A stretch of 64,000 nucleotides of DNA. It comes from Desulfobacterales bacterium (GTDB taxonomy: Bacteria > Desulfobacterota > Desulfobacteria > Desulfobacterales > UBA5852). The translations under genes and the position numbers were made by a program. Within the stretch, counting starts at the first letter, position 1, and every line of letters begins with the position of its first letter. The stretch is taken from contig CAXXVS010000003.1 in the NCBI GenBank assembly GCA_963674755.2, positions 288,001 to 352,000 of the forward strand, written 5' to 3'. The notes below the pieces were generated by a model that saw nothing but the letters and a program-made list of their open reading frames with translations, made no database searches and had not been told where the DNA came from. Positions 48,209 to 58,046 of this stretch are shown here, one piece after another.

Positions 48209-50248
48209 ATGAGCTCAGGACAATCCAGCGATGCCCCCATCTGGCTGAACCGCCTGCTTGCGAAAGATCCCTGGCTGGCGCCTTTTCGCGAAGGATTGGT
48301 CCGGCGGCGGCAAACCATGGAATCCGCCCGCGACAGACTTCTGGCCGACGGTGACCCCTTGCAGGAGGTGGCTCGCGACCATCACTATTTCGGCCTTCAT
48401 GCGGAAGCCGACGGGTGGGTTTTCCGGGAATGGGCCCCCAATGCCACAGCAGTCTTTCTGTTGGGGACGTTTAATGCCTGGGAGGAAAACCCGTCTTTTG
48501 CCCTCCAGCGCACGACGGCGCGGAACGGGGTCTGGGAACTTCGTCTGGCCAGGGATCAAATCGCGCACGGGGATTTGTATCGATTGCGCCTCTATTGGCC
48601 GGACGGCCAGGGGGAGCGGCTGCCAGTCTACGCCCGTCGGGTGGTCCAGGATCCCCATACCCATATCTTCAACGCTCAGGTCTGGTACCCGCCGGAACCC
48701 TATCGCTGGAACCATGCCGCACCGGCGGCGCCGGATCCGATCCTGATCTACGAAACCCATGTGGGCATGGCCCAGGAAAAACACGGTGTCGGCACCTACC
48801 GGGAATTTGCCGACCTTTTGGTGCCCCGCATCAAACGCTCCGGCTACAACACCATCCAGTTGATGGCGGTCCAGGAGCATCCCTATTATGGGTCCTTCGG
48901 CTACCAGGTGTCCAATTTTTTTGCGGCCTCCTCGCGCTTCGGCACACCGGAAGATCTCAAATACCTGGTGGACGCGGCCCATGGGGCCGGTCTGCGGGTG
49001 GTCATGGACATCGTCCATTCCCATGCCGTTTCCAACGAGGTGGAGGGCCTGAGCCGATTTGACGGAACGCTCCACCAGTACTTTCACGACGGGCCGCGGG
49101 GCCATCATGCCGCCTGGGATTCCCGCTGCTTTGACTACCACAAGGTCGAGGTGCTGCGCTTTTTGCTGTCCAACTGCCGCTTTTGGCTGGAAGAATATCG
49201 TTTTGACGGCTTCCGCTTCGACGGCATCACCAGCATGCTCTACCTGGATCACGGGCTGGGAAAAGCCTTTACCAGCTATAACGATTATTTCAGCGGGAAC
49301 GTGGATGAGGATGCCGTGGCCTACCTGACCCTGGCCAACGAGGTGGTCCAGGCCGTCAATCCCCAGGCCGTTACCATTGCCGAGGACATCAGCGGTCTGC
49401 CGGGGCTGGCCCTGCCCATCGACCAGGGAGGGGTCGGCTTCGATTACCGCTTTGCCATGGGGATCGCCGATCAGTGGATCCGGCTGACCAAGGAGGTGCC
49501 CGATGAGAACTGGCAGATCGGCAGCATCTGGCACGAACTGACCAACCGCCGGGCCCATGAAAAGTCCATCAGCTACGCCGAATGCCACGACCAGGCCCTG
49601 GTGGGGGATAAAGCCCTCATGTTCCGCCTGGCCGATGCCGCCATGTACGATCACATGCACCGGGACGATCCGGACCTGACCATGGACCGGGCCGTGGCCC
49701 TGCATAAGATGATTCGCCTGATCACCCTAGCCACGGCCGGCAACGGTTACCTGACCTTCATGGGCAATGAATTCGGCCATCCCGAATGGATCGACTTTCC
49801 CCGGGAGGGCAACAACTGGTCCTACCACTATGCCCGCCGTCAATGGCACCTGGCGGACCATCCGGATTTGAAATACGGTCTGCTGGCCGCCTTTGACCGG
49901 GCGATGCTGGAACTGGTGAAGACCCGCGCGCTCTTCCAGGATCCCTGGGCGCATCTGGTATACGAACACAACGACGACAAGATTCTGACCTTCGCCCGCC
50001 ACGACCTGCTCTTCGTTTTCGGCTTTCACCCCACCCAATCGTTCAGCGACTACAGCTTCCCCACAACTCCGGGAAAATACCGGCTGATATTCGACAGTGA
50101 TCGGCCGGCGTTCGGCGGCCATGGTCGCCTGCGATCCGACCAGGAACACCTTACCCTCCCGGAGGCCCAGGATCCCTCAGGGACCCGGTACCGGCTGCAA
50201 CTCTATATCCCCAACCGCACCGCCCAGGTGCTGCTGAAGGTGGATTGA
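48209..50248 (+). CDS. glgB: 1,4-alpha-glucan branching enzyme, eukaryote-like (GH13_8 type)
   Basis: REWAPNA, EHPYYGSFGYQV, FRFDGITSMLY, YAECHDQALVGDK, GNEFGHPEWIDFPREGN. Confidence 0.92.
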   Translation: MSSGQSSDAPIWLNRLLAKDPWLAPFREGLVRRRQTMESARDRLLADGDPLQEVARDHHYFGLHAEADGWVFREWAPNATAVFLLGTFNAWEENPSFALQRTTARNGVWELRLARDQIAHGDLYRLRLYWPDGQGERLPVYARRVVQDPHTHIFNAQVWYPPEPYRWNHAAPAAPDPILIYETHVGMAQEKHGVGTYREFADLLVPRIKRSGYNTIQLMAVQEHPYYGSFGYQVSNFFAASSRFGTPEDLKYLVDAAHGAGLRVVMDIVHSHAVSNEVEGLSRFDGTLHQYFHDGPRGHHAAWDSRCFDYHKVEVLRFLLSNCRFWLEEYRFDGFRFDGITSMLYLDHGLGKAFTSYNDYFSGNVDEDAVAYLTLANEVVQAVNPQAVTIAEDISGLPGLALPIDQGGVGFDYRFAMGIADQWIRLTKEVPDENWQIGSIWHELTNRRAHEKSISYAECHDQALVGDKALMFRLADAAMYDHMHRDDPDLTMDRAVALHKMIRLITLATAGNGYLTFMGNEFGHPEWIDFPREGNNWSYHYARRQWHLADHPDLKYGLLAAFDRAMLELVKTRALFQDPWAHLVYEHNDDKILTFARHDLLFVFGFHPTQSFSDYSFPTTPGKYRLIFDSDRPAFGGHGRLRSDQEHLTLPEAQDPSGTRYRLQLYIPNRTAQVLLKVD

Positions 50249-50333
50249 TTCTCTATCCGCAAGTTATGGGATGGGATGAAGGAAACGGGAAGGCGTGTGC
50301 CCCATCCCCGGGGAAAGCTGCCGGGAGGGCGCT

Positions 50334-50972
50334 TCAAATCCCGTTTTTATAATGGCGATAAAAGCGCATCACCTTTTCCACGTAACGCTCGGTCTCGGGT
50401 ATGGGGGGTATGCGCTGGTAGCGGTCCACGATGGTAGGGCCGGCATTGTAGGCCGACAGGCATAGGGCCAACTGGCCCTGGTAGCGATCGTAAAGCGAGC
50501 GGAAATAGCGGGTACCGCCCATGATATTTTGGTGGGGGTCAAAGGGATCTTTGATATTTAAGGCCGGGAAGTTCTGCGGCATGATCTGCATAAGCCCGCG
50601 GGCGCCTTTCTTGGATATCGCCCGCGGATTGAAGCTGGATTCCGCCTGGATAATGGCTTTGACCAGATAAAAGTCGATGCCGTGGCGCCGGGCGGCTTCC
50701 TTGATGATGCGGTCGTAGGTGGTGGTGTCGGCCGGGGTATAGAACCGGGGTTTATGGGTGCGGATATAGAGGCGGTACTCCGGGGAGGACGGTGTATTGG
50801 TGAAATGCATCACGCCGTCGTTATCACGATACATGTAAATATCGGCGGCCGCTGGCAGGCCTGCCAGCAACAGCGTCGCCGCGAGGAGTGTGTAGAGCCC
50901 CCGCCGTATAATTGTGATTACGTCCGCTCGCATAAGCCTGCGTTTGCCTGTGGTTGAAAACCGGTTCCCCAT
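50334..50972 (-). CDS. Soluble lytic transglycosylase (SLT) with a DUF4124-like N-terminus
   Basis: IYMYRD..HFTN, AESSFNP, GLMQ, AYNAGP, ETERYV; the start may be 50933. Confidence 0.88.
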   Translation of the reverse strand: MGNRFSTTGKRRLMRADVITIIRRGLYTLLAATLLLAGLPAAADIYMYRDNDGVMHFTNTPSSPEYRLYIRTHKPRFYTPADTTTYDRIIKEAARRHGIDFYLVKAIIQAESSFNPRAISKKGARGLMQIMPQNFPALNIKDPFDPHQNIMGGTRYFRSLYDRYQGQLALCLSAYNAGPTIVDRYQRIPPIPETERYVEKVMRFYRHYKNGI

Positions 50973-51242
50973 CCAATCCCTTGCGGGCCGTCATTATTTT
51001 TTATAGGTCGTTTTTTTCAGAAACTCAAGACCTCCACTCGCGGCGGCCCTCCAGTGCATAGGATATCGGAAGCGCGCTCCCCTCGAGGCTTGCCGGGCGG
51101 GACCCTATCCGCACTATCGGCGTAGCGCGGCGGGAACTTGAGCCCTTTGGCCGGGCGAGCCGGCATATGGAAGGGCCGGACGTTGAGCGCCGGAAGGGAA
51201 AACAGGGGGGCGGGATCCGTCCAACCTTTTTCGCGCCGGCGT

Positions 51243-51668
51243 TCAGTCGTTTTGGTCCGGATCCCCAGGGTCGGCCGGCGCCCATGAGCGCTGTTTCCGA
51301 ATCGCCTGATACTGCTTGAGGATGAAACGGGCGGGAAAGGCTGGAAGGGCGAGATAGGGCAGGGTATTCCGACAAAATTCATCCTGGAAGGTTTGAAGCA
51401 ATTGCGCTTTGTCTTCGCTGGGCACGAAGACGCGCTGCTTGCGGCTGACATAGGTCACGCAGGGACCCAATACCCGGCGCAGCGTTTCCAGGGCCGGGCG
51501 GTCGCCATCCAGCGCCGATAGGCTGTGGGTGTCAACCGGGATGTCGATGCGGGCTTCCAGGGCCACGATCCAGCGGTCGGCGGTTTGCGGGCGGGAGAGA
51601 TTCACCAGTTGGAGCGTCATCCCGTTAGGCAATTGACGGGTTTCAAGCGGTGTGTCGTTCATCTGCAA
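51243..51668 (-). CDS. Hypothetical protein
   Basis: 141-aa ORF with a GGAGG RBS that fills the gap between recognised genes. Confidence 0.65.
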   Translation of the reverse strand: MQMNDTPLETRQLPNGMTLQLVNLSRPQTADRWIVALEARIDIPVDTHSLSALDGDRPALETLRRVLGPCVTYVSRKQRVFVPSEDKAQLLQTFQDEFCRNTLPYLALPAFPARFILKQYQAIRKQRSWAPADPGDPDQND

Positions 51669-51762
51669 GACCTCCCTTCAACCGGATACCGGCAATATAA
51701 TGTCTATGATGGGTAAACCGGGCGGGTACAAGGCATGGGATGATAGCTTAGCGGAAACCGCC

Positions 51763-52242
51763 TCAACTGATGGGCAGCATATAGTCTGCCAGGCGGCTGG
51801 ATGTTTTGCGCAGGTTGTTGCTGAGCAAAATGGCGATACCCTTCAGCAGCTTGATGCCGATGTTGGCATGACGGTGCAAAATCAGGTCGAAGGCCGCCTG
51901 GGAGAGAATGAACAGCTTGGCGTTGTCGCGCGCTTTGATGGTGGCCGAGCGCGGCATGTTTTCAATGACCGACATTTCGCCGATGGACTGCCCCTTGTGC
52001 AGGGTGGTGATGACGATCTCCTGCTCCTTCGCCGTGGGTTGTTTGATGACATCCAGCGTACCGTGGGCGATGAAACACATGAAATTGCCCCGGTCGGCCT
52101 CCTGAAAGAGAAGCTCGCCCGGCTGCAACTCGATCACGTTCATGTGTTTGGCCACCAATTTGATTTCTTCAGCATTCATCCGGCTGAAAAGCGGGATGTT
52201 CGTGAAAAACGCAATGATGGCTTTTGACAGATTAGGATCCAT
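51763..52242 (-). CDS. Stand-alone cyclic nucleotide-binding domain protein
   Basis: PLFS, GELLFQE, G..IGEMS..PRSATI; no HTH domain. Confidence 0.87.
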   Translation of the reverse strand: MDPNLSKAIIAFFTNIPLFSRMNAEEIKLVAKHMNVIELQPGELLFQEADRGNFMCFIAHGTLDVIKQPTAKEQEIVITTLHKGQSIGEMSVIENMPRSATIKARDNAKLFILSQAAFDLILHRHANIGIKLLKGIAILLSNNLRKTSSRLADYMLPIS

Positions 52243-52366
52243 CCTCTAAAACCCTCACGTCGGGCGCTTGCTCGCGCCGGATACCCGTATATATAATGCT
52301 TCTAACAAAATTTGCACGCTAAATGAAGCCTTTCTTCACCACCATACCCTTTAAAGGAGGCCTGCC

Positions 52367-52948
52367 ATGACCAACGCGCTCCCCACGCGCGAAGACGCCT
52401 GGAAGCTGCTGACATCCTACAATCAAAGCGAGAGCCTGCGCAAACACGCCCTGGCCGTGGAGGGCGTCATGCGCTATTTCGCCCGCCAATACGGTGAAGA
52501 CGAAACCGTCTGGGGAATTATCGGCCTGATCCACGATCTGGACTACGAGCAGTATCCGGATCAGCACTGCATCAAGACCGAGGAAATCCTGCGGGAGCAT
52601 GAATGGCCGGAGGACTATATCCGGGCCGTGATCAGCCACGGCTACGGTATCTGCACGGATGTGGAGCCCCGCTCGACCATGGAAAAAGTGCTGTTTGCGG
52701 TGGACGAACTGACCGGCCTGGTAACCACCACGGCCCTGGTGCGCCCTTCGAAAAGCGTCATGGATCTCAAGGTCAAATCCGTGAAAAAGAAATGGAAGGA
52801 CAAACGCTTCGCCGCCGGTGTGGATCGATCCATCATCGAGAAGGGGGCCGCCATGCTGGACATGGAACTCGCGGCCCTCATCACCGGTACCATTATGGGA
52901 ATGCAGGAGGTGGCCGATGCCATCGGCCTTAAAGGAGAGCCCGCCTAG
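52367..52948 (+). CDS. HD/HDIG domain metal-dependent hydrolase
   Basis: HALAVE, IHDLDYE, SHG, VDELTG. Confidence 0.85.
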   Translation: MTNALPTREDAWKLLTSYNQSESLRKHALAVEGVMRYFARQYGEDETVWGIIGLIHDLDYEQYPDQHCIKTEEILREHEWPEDYIRAVISHGYGICTDVEPRSTMEKVLFAVDELTGLVTTTALVRPSKSVMDLKVKSVKKKWKDKRFAAGVDRSIIEKGAAMLDMELAALITGTIMGMQEVADAIGLKGEPA

Positions 52949-53004
52949 ACGGGCCGTTTCGAAGGACTGGCGTAAGGAGAGGGGGCCATCGCTTCAGGAA
53001 ATTG

Positions 53005-53040
53005 TCCGCCGCCCCCCGCTTGAGGGCGGGAGGCGGCGGG
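53005..53040. terminator. GC-rich hairpin between the convergent HD gene and dnaK
   Basis: CCGCCGCCCCCCGC-loop-GCGGGAGGCGGCGG; no clear U tract. Confidence 0.5.
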
Positions 53041-53047
53041 TGCAGGG

Positions 53048-54946
53048 TTAATGCACTTCTTCAAATTCAGCGTCCACGACATCCTCATGGGATTTCCGGG
53101 AAGGCCCGGCAGACGCCGTTTCCCCGGTTCCCGCACCGCCAGCCCCCTGGCTGTAGGCCGTGGACCCCATCTGCTGGGCGATGCGTTTGAGATCCTCGCT
53201 CAGGCGGCGGATCTCGGCCACGTCATCCCCCTGCATGGCGGTCTTTAAAGCCTGGACCGCGTTGCTGACCTGGGTCCGGGAACTCTCGTCCAACCGGCCC
53301 TGCAACTCCTGCAGGCTTTTTTCGGTGGTGTAGACCAGGGCATCCGCCTCGTTGCGGGCGTCCACGAGCCCTTTCTTGCGGCGGTCCTCATCGGCATGCA
53401 TTTCCGCTTCCCGCACCAGGCGGTCGACATCGTCCTTATTCAGACCGCTGGAAGCCGTGATGCGGATAGACTGCTCCTTGCCGGTGGCCTGATCCTTGGC
53501 CGAAACACTGACAATGCCGTTGGCGTCGATGTCGAAAGAGACCTCGATCTGGGGCATGCCCCGGGGGGCCGGTGCGATCCCGGTCAGTTCGAAGCGGCCG
53601 AGGGTCTTGTTGTCCGAGGCCATCTCCCGCTCACCCTGCAGAACATGCACCGTTACGGCCGGCTGGTTGTCTTCCGCGGTGGAAAACACCTGGCTCTGAC
53701 GGGCCGGAATGGTGGTGTTGCGTTCGATCAGCCGCGTCATGACACCGCCTAGGGTTTCGATGCCCAGGGACAGCGGGGTCACATCCAGCAGCAGCACGTC
53801 CTTGATGTCACCTTTCAGGACGGCTCCCTGGATAGCGGCCCCCATGGCCACCACTTCGTCCGGATTGACACCCTTGCCGGGCTCGCGGCCGAAAATTGCC
53901 TTCACGCGCGCCTGGACAGCCGGCATACGAGTCATACCGCCCACCAGAATGACGTCGTCGATCTCGCCTGAAGAAAGACCTGCATCCTTCATGGCCTGAC
54001 GGCATGGTCCTTCCAGCCTGTTCAGCAATTCGGCCACCAGTGCTTCCAGTTTGGCCCGGGACAGCTTGATGTTCATGTGTTTGGGACCACCGGCATCGGC
54101 CGTGATAAAGGGCAGATTGATCTCCGTTTCCATCGAAGAGGAAAGTTCCATCTTGGCCTTTTCGGCAGCTTCTTTGAGCCGCTGCAAGGCCATCTTGTCG
54201 GAACGCACATCGATGCCCTGATCCTTGCGGAAGGTGTCCGCCAGATAGTCGATCAGACGCAGGTCGAAATCCTCGCCCCCCAGATGGGTGTCGCCGTTGG
54301 TGGCCTTGACTTCGAACACCCCGTCCCCGATTTCCAGGATGGAGATGTCAAAGGTGCCGCCGCCAAGATCGAACACCGCGATTTTTTTATCTTTTTTTCC
54401 TTCCAAGCCATAGGCCAGGGAGGCGGCCGTAGGCTCGTTGATGATGCGCAGGACGTTCAGACCGGCGATTTTACCGGCGTCCTTGGTGGCCTGGCGCTGA
54501 CTGTCGTCGAAATAGGCCGGCACGGTGATGACCGCGTCGGTGACCTTTTCCCCGAGGTAGTCCTCCGCCGCCTTGCGTATGGTGCTCAAAATAAAGGACG
54601 AAATCTCCGCCGGACTGTAAGCCTTATCTTTGAGACGGACGCGCACGTCGCCGTTTTCGGCTGCCTCGATCCGATAGGGCAATACCGGAACGTCCCGCTG
54701 GACCTCGGCTGAAGTATATTTTCGTCCGATCAGCCGTTTGACACCGAAAACCGTATTTTCCGGATTGGTAACGGCCTGGCGTTTGGCAATCTGACCCACA
54801 AGGCGCTCACCCGCGTCGTTGACAGCCACGATGGAAGGCGTGGTACGGCCCCCCTCGCTGTTGGTGATCACCTTGGTGTCTTTGTTCTCCATGATCGCGA
54901 CACAAGAATTGGTGGTGCCCAGATCAATTCCAATAACCTTACCCAT
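53048..54946 (-). CDS. dnaK: Molecular chaperone DnaK (Hsp70)
   Basis: [46 protein letters not shown]. Confidence 0.97.
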   Translation of the reverse strand: MGKVIGIDLGTTNSCVAIMENKDTKVITNSEGGRTTPSIVAVNDAGERLVGQIAKRQAVTNPENTVFGVKRLIGRKYTSAEVQRDVPVLPYRIEAAENGDVRVRLKDKAYSPAEISSFILSTIRKAAEDYLGEKVTDAVITVPAYFDDSQRQATKDAGKIAGLNVLRIINEPTAASLAYGLEGKKDKKIAVFDLGGGTFDISILEIGDGVFEVKATNGDTHLGGEDFDLRLIDYLADTFRKDQGIDVRSDKMALQRLKEAAEKAKMELSSSMETEINLPFITADAGGPKHMNIKLSRAKLEALVAELLNRLEGPCRQAMKDAGLSSGEIDDVILVGGMTRMPAVQARVKAIFGREPGKGVNPDEVVAMGAAIQGAVLKGDIKDVLLLDVTPLSLGIETLGGVMTRLIERNTTIPARQSQVFSTAEDNQPAVTVHVLQGEREMASDNKTLGRFELTGIAPAPRGMPQIEVSFDIDANGIVSVSAKDQATGKEQSIRITASSGLNKDDVDRLVREAEMHADEDRRKKGLVDARNEADALVYTTEKSLQELQGRLDESSRTQVSNAVQALKTAMQGDDVAEIRRLSEDLKRIAQQMGSTAYSQGAGGAGTGETASAGPSRKSHEDVVDAEFEEVH

Positions 54947-54975
54947 GATGAATACCCCCTATATAGATTATTATT

Positions 54976-55028
54976 ACATTACTTAAAAACATTTATAACA
55001 AAAGTAATGTTTGTCGTGGGGGTGTCAA
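54976..55028 (-). promoter_or_regulatory. dnaK promoter region with an operator-like inverted repeat
   Basis: Minus-strand TTGACA at 55023-55028; ACATTACTT-N17-AAGTAATGT at 54976-55010. Confidence 0.5.
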
Positions 55029-55081
55029 GGGTATGGGGGTACCGCCCTCCAAATTTTCTCAGCCATATTACAAAAGGCGGC

Positions 55082-55993
55082 TTACCCTGTGGAGCGCTGT
55101 TGTTTCTTGGCCCACTGGGCCGCACCGATCCCGGCCACGCAGCCTTCCCCGACCGCTTTGGCCATCTGCCAGGGCATCCCGCAAATATCGCCGGCGGCAA
55201 AAATGCCGGGTACATTGGTCTCCTGCTGCTTATTGGTCCGAATGTATTTCATGCTGTCATCCAGCTGAATGCCCAGATTGAGCGCCAACTCCAACACCCC
55301 CTTGGCGCCCAGTTCGACAAAGACCCCTTGCACCGCCAGACGGGAACCATCCCCCAGGCGAACCCCTTCCACCGCCTCGTTGCCGTAAATGGCTTCAATA
55401 TGCTGGCCTTCATGAAGGATGACCGGCGAGGATAGAAGGTCTTTTTTCAGGGTTTCGGCCACCGCCAGGCCATCGCAGACCAAATGCACCTCGCGCGCCG
55501 TTTTAGTGAGGGTCAGGGCGCCGTCCACAGCCGCGCTTTCCCCGCCAGCCACACACACGTCCATCCCCCGGAAAAAAAGGCCATCGCAATCCACGCAAAA
55601 GCTGACACCCTTGCCCAAGAATTCCTTCTCCCCGGGAACCCCCAAGTGATTGCGCTTGGAGCCCGTGGCCAGGATCAAACTCCAGGCCTCGATTTCTGCA
55701 CCGCCTTCCGTGCGAAGGCGAAAGCGATCCCCCTCCGTAACGATCCCCAAAACATTTTCTTCCCTGACATGGGCTCCGAAGCGCCGCGCCTGTTCGAGGC
55801 CGCGCGCCAGCATTTCTTCGCCGGAAATATTGAACAGACTGAAATAGTTTTCGATATGCGCACTGAAAAGGCTGCTTTTCTCAATGCTTCCCAAAAGCAG
55901 AACGGATGTCTTGCGCCGGGCCGCATGGACCGCCGCCTGGAGCCCGGCCGGTCCCAGGCCCAGAATGACGACATCGTAGTCAAGTGGTTTCAT
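55082..55993 (-). CDS. Flavin thioredoxin reductase-like protein (TrxB family, atypical)
   Basis: GLGPAG, LATGS, GVSFCVDCDG, TNVPGIFAAGD; ATG 55993 follows GGAGG. Confidence 0.87.
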   Translation of the reverse strand: MKPLDYDVVILGLGPAGLQAAVHAARRKTSVLLLGSIEKSSLFSAHIENYFSLFNISGEEMLARGLEQARRFGAHVREENVLGIVTEGDRFRLRTEGGAEIEAWSLILATGSKRNHLGVPGEKEFLGKGVSFCVDCDGLFFRGMDVCVAGGESAAVDGALTLTKTAREVHLVCDGLAVAETLKKDLLSSPVILHEGQHIEAIYGNEAVEGVRLGDGSRLAVQGVFVELGAKGVLELALNLGIQLDDSMKYIRTNKQQETNVPGIFAAGDICGMPWQMAKAVGEGCVAGIGAAQWAKKQQRSTG

Positions 55994-56214
55994 CAATTGA
56001 CCCTCCGTGGGTTGGGGTTGCTGTCGTTGGGTTGCCCCTATCATTATAGGAACTAAACCATCGGATGCCACCTGCCGCTCCGGGGGTTGCGAATGGACTT
56101 TTCGATGCAAATGATTTAGATTTCCTTAAGCATGCAGTAGGGCGGTCGACGGTGCGCGGCCGATTCCGATAATGCCAGCCCCTTACCACTCAAGATGATT
56201 CAGGAAATCTTACG

Positions 56215-57045
56215 ATGACCAACGATGTGCTCGCAGGACGACGGATCGGGTTTATCGGCGCCGGTAATATGGCCGAAGCCATCATTCGGGGATTGCTGGA
56301 CAGCCAGACAGTGAGTCCCGGAAACATCACGGCTTCCGATGTCATGCCCGAGCGCCTTGAATTCATGGCAACCACCTATGGCATCGGCACCACGGAGGAC
56401 AATGGGGCCCTGGTTGCGGGAGCCGACATCCTGGTGCTGGCGATCAAGCCCCAAGTGGCATCACAGGTGCTGGCCCACATCGCCTCCCACACCGATGACA
56501 CCAAGCTGATCATCTCCATCGTGGCCGGCTTGACCTCCGTCACCATGAGCGCCGCTTTGGGCGCCGGACCGCGCATTGTACGCACGGTGCCCAACACGCC
56601 GGTTTTCGTAGGTGAGGGCATGGTCGCCATCGCTGCCGACGGACCCGCCCGTCAAGAGGATTATGCCGCGGCGGCGGCTATCTTCGAACCGGTGGCCCGC
56701 ATCGTCATGGTGGAAGAAAAGCACATGGATGCCGCCATCGGGGTTTCCGGCTCCGGACCGGCCTACGGGTTTTTGATGATCGAGGCCCTGTCGGACGGCG
56801 GCGTTAAAATGGGCCTGCCGCGTCCGGTAGCACTCGAACTAGCCGCCCAGACCCTTCTCGGGGCGGCCAAGATGTGCCTCGAATCCGGCCGTCACCCCGG
56901 ACAGCTGAAGGATATGGTCACCTCACCGGGGGGCACCACCATCGCGGCCCTGCACAAAATGGAAGCGGCCGGTGTGCGGGCTGCCTTGATGGATGCCGTG
57001 GAAGCCGCCACCCGGAAGTCAGAGGAGCTCGGTCGACAGGGATAG
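56215..57045 (+). CDS. proC: Pyrroline-5-carboxylate reductase
   Basis: GAGNMA, AIKPQ, PNTP, SGSGPAY, VTSPGGTT. Confidence 0.96.
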   Translation: MTNDVLAGRRIGFIGAGNMAEAIIRGLLDSQTVSPGNITASDVMPERLEFMATTYGIGTTEDNGALVAGADILVLAIKPQVASQVLAHIASHTDDTKLIISIVAGLTSVTMSAALGAGPRIVRTVPNTPVFVGEGMVAIAADGPARQEDYAAAAAIFEPVARIVMVEEKHMDAAIGVSGSGPAYGFLMIEALSDGGVKMGLPRPVALELAAQTLLGAAKMCLESGRHPGQLKDMVTSPGGTTIAALHKMEAAGVRAALMDAVEAATRKSEELGRQG

Positions 57046-57174
57046 GCTTGTAAAACATGGGGGCGCCGACCGCTGTGATCTTTGCTTTCATCAGTGATCG
57101 CCATAGAGCCACAGCCATGACGCCGGAACGTCACCCGCAATGCGCCGTTAATCCCGCCAAGAAGGACTTGGACC

Positions 57175-57369
57175 ATGAACCGCTTTTTTAAGGTCATCCT
57201 GCATCTCAGCGTTTTCGCCATCGGCATTCCCGTAGTGGCTTTCTCCAATTTCTGGGACTGGAACCTCCTGCGGGGGATGGTGCTGCCCATCCTGGCGACC
57301 GGATTTTTCATCTACCTGATTCTGTTTGTTGCCCTTGGAGGCTATCGGGTCTTTCAATCATCAACCTGA
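57175..57369 (+). CDS. Small two-helix membrane protein, hypothetical
   Basis: 64 aa, two hydrophobic stretches, AAGGA RBS, co-oriented with its neighbours. Confidence 0.55.
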   Translation: MNRFFKVILHLSVFAIGIPVVAFSNFWDWNLLRGMVLPILATGFFIYLILFVALGGYRVFQSST

Positions 57370-57421
57370 CGGCACCTGCCTGAAGATGCCAGCAAGCAAA
57401 CACCGGAAAGGAGCGTTCGCC

Positions 57422-58042
57422 ATGTCCGACCGCACGATCCTTGAAATCTTCACGGACTATATCTGACCCTGGTGCTATTTCATTACCGGGCGTATTGAAA
57501 GACTGCAGCAGGAATTCGACATCGACCTTCGCTGGACATGGTTTCCCCTCCATCCGGAAACACCGGAGGAGGGCCGCCGCCTAGAGGATCTTTTTGCCGG
57601 ACAACCCGTCAACATCCCGGAGATGCTGGCCCACCTTAAAAAAACCGCCGATCAGATGGGGTTGCCCTTCGGCGAACGCCATATGACCTTCAACAGCCGT
57701 AAGGCGCAGGAGCTTAGCAAGTGGGCCGAACAGCGCGGCCTGGGGGACGCTTTTCACCGCGCTGTTTTCGAGGCTTATTTTGCCGAGGGAAGGAATATCG
57801 GCCGACTGCCGGTGCTGTTGGAGATTGTGCAAGTCATCGGGGGGGATCCTGAAAAAGCACGCATCGCTTTGAACGATAGCCATTTCAAGGCGGCCGTGGA
57901 TCAAGACTGGCAGCGCGCCCGGTCCATGGGAGTCACCGCCGTGCCGACCTTCGTCGCCAACGGCCGCCGCCTGGTGGGTGCCCATCGTTACCAGAATTTG
58001 GCGCGTTTTATAACACAGGCCCCAACAGACCCTTTCTCATAA
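57422..58042 (+). CDS. DsbA/FrnE-family oxidoreductase, selenoprotein (UxxC motif)
   Basis: ATG 57422 after AAGGAG gives MSDRTILEIFTDYI-[TGA 57464]-PWCYF..FPLHP, in frame with the 57623 ORF (GVTAVPTF); 206 aa. Confidence 0.85.
57468..57512 (+). promoter_or_regulatory. Putative bacterial SECIS element
   Basis: Stem TTTCA.TAC-[CGGGC]-GTA.TGAAA with outer CCTG/CAGG and TGC/GCA pairs; the G-containing loop starts 20 nt after the UGA. Confidence 0.6.
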
Positions 58043-58046
58043 GGAA

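Noticed and set aside
51068..51165. tRNA-Sec (selC), since the sequence begins GGAAG and is structured
   Set aside because: No UCA anticodon loop, no TTCGA T-loop, and no matching acceptor stem or CCA end.
54947..55081. CIRCE or HAIR element upstream of dnaK
   Set aside because: Neither consensus is present; a different inverted repeat is reported instead.
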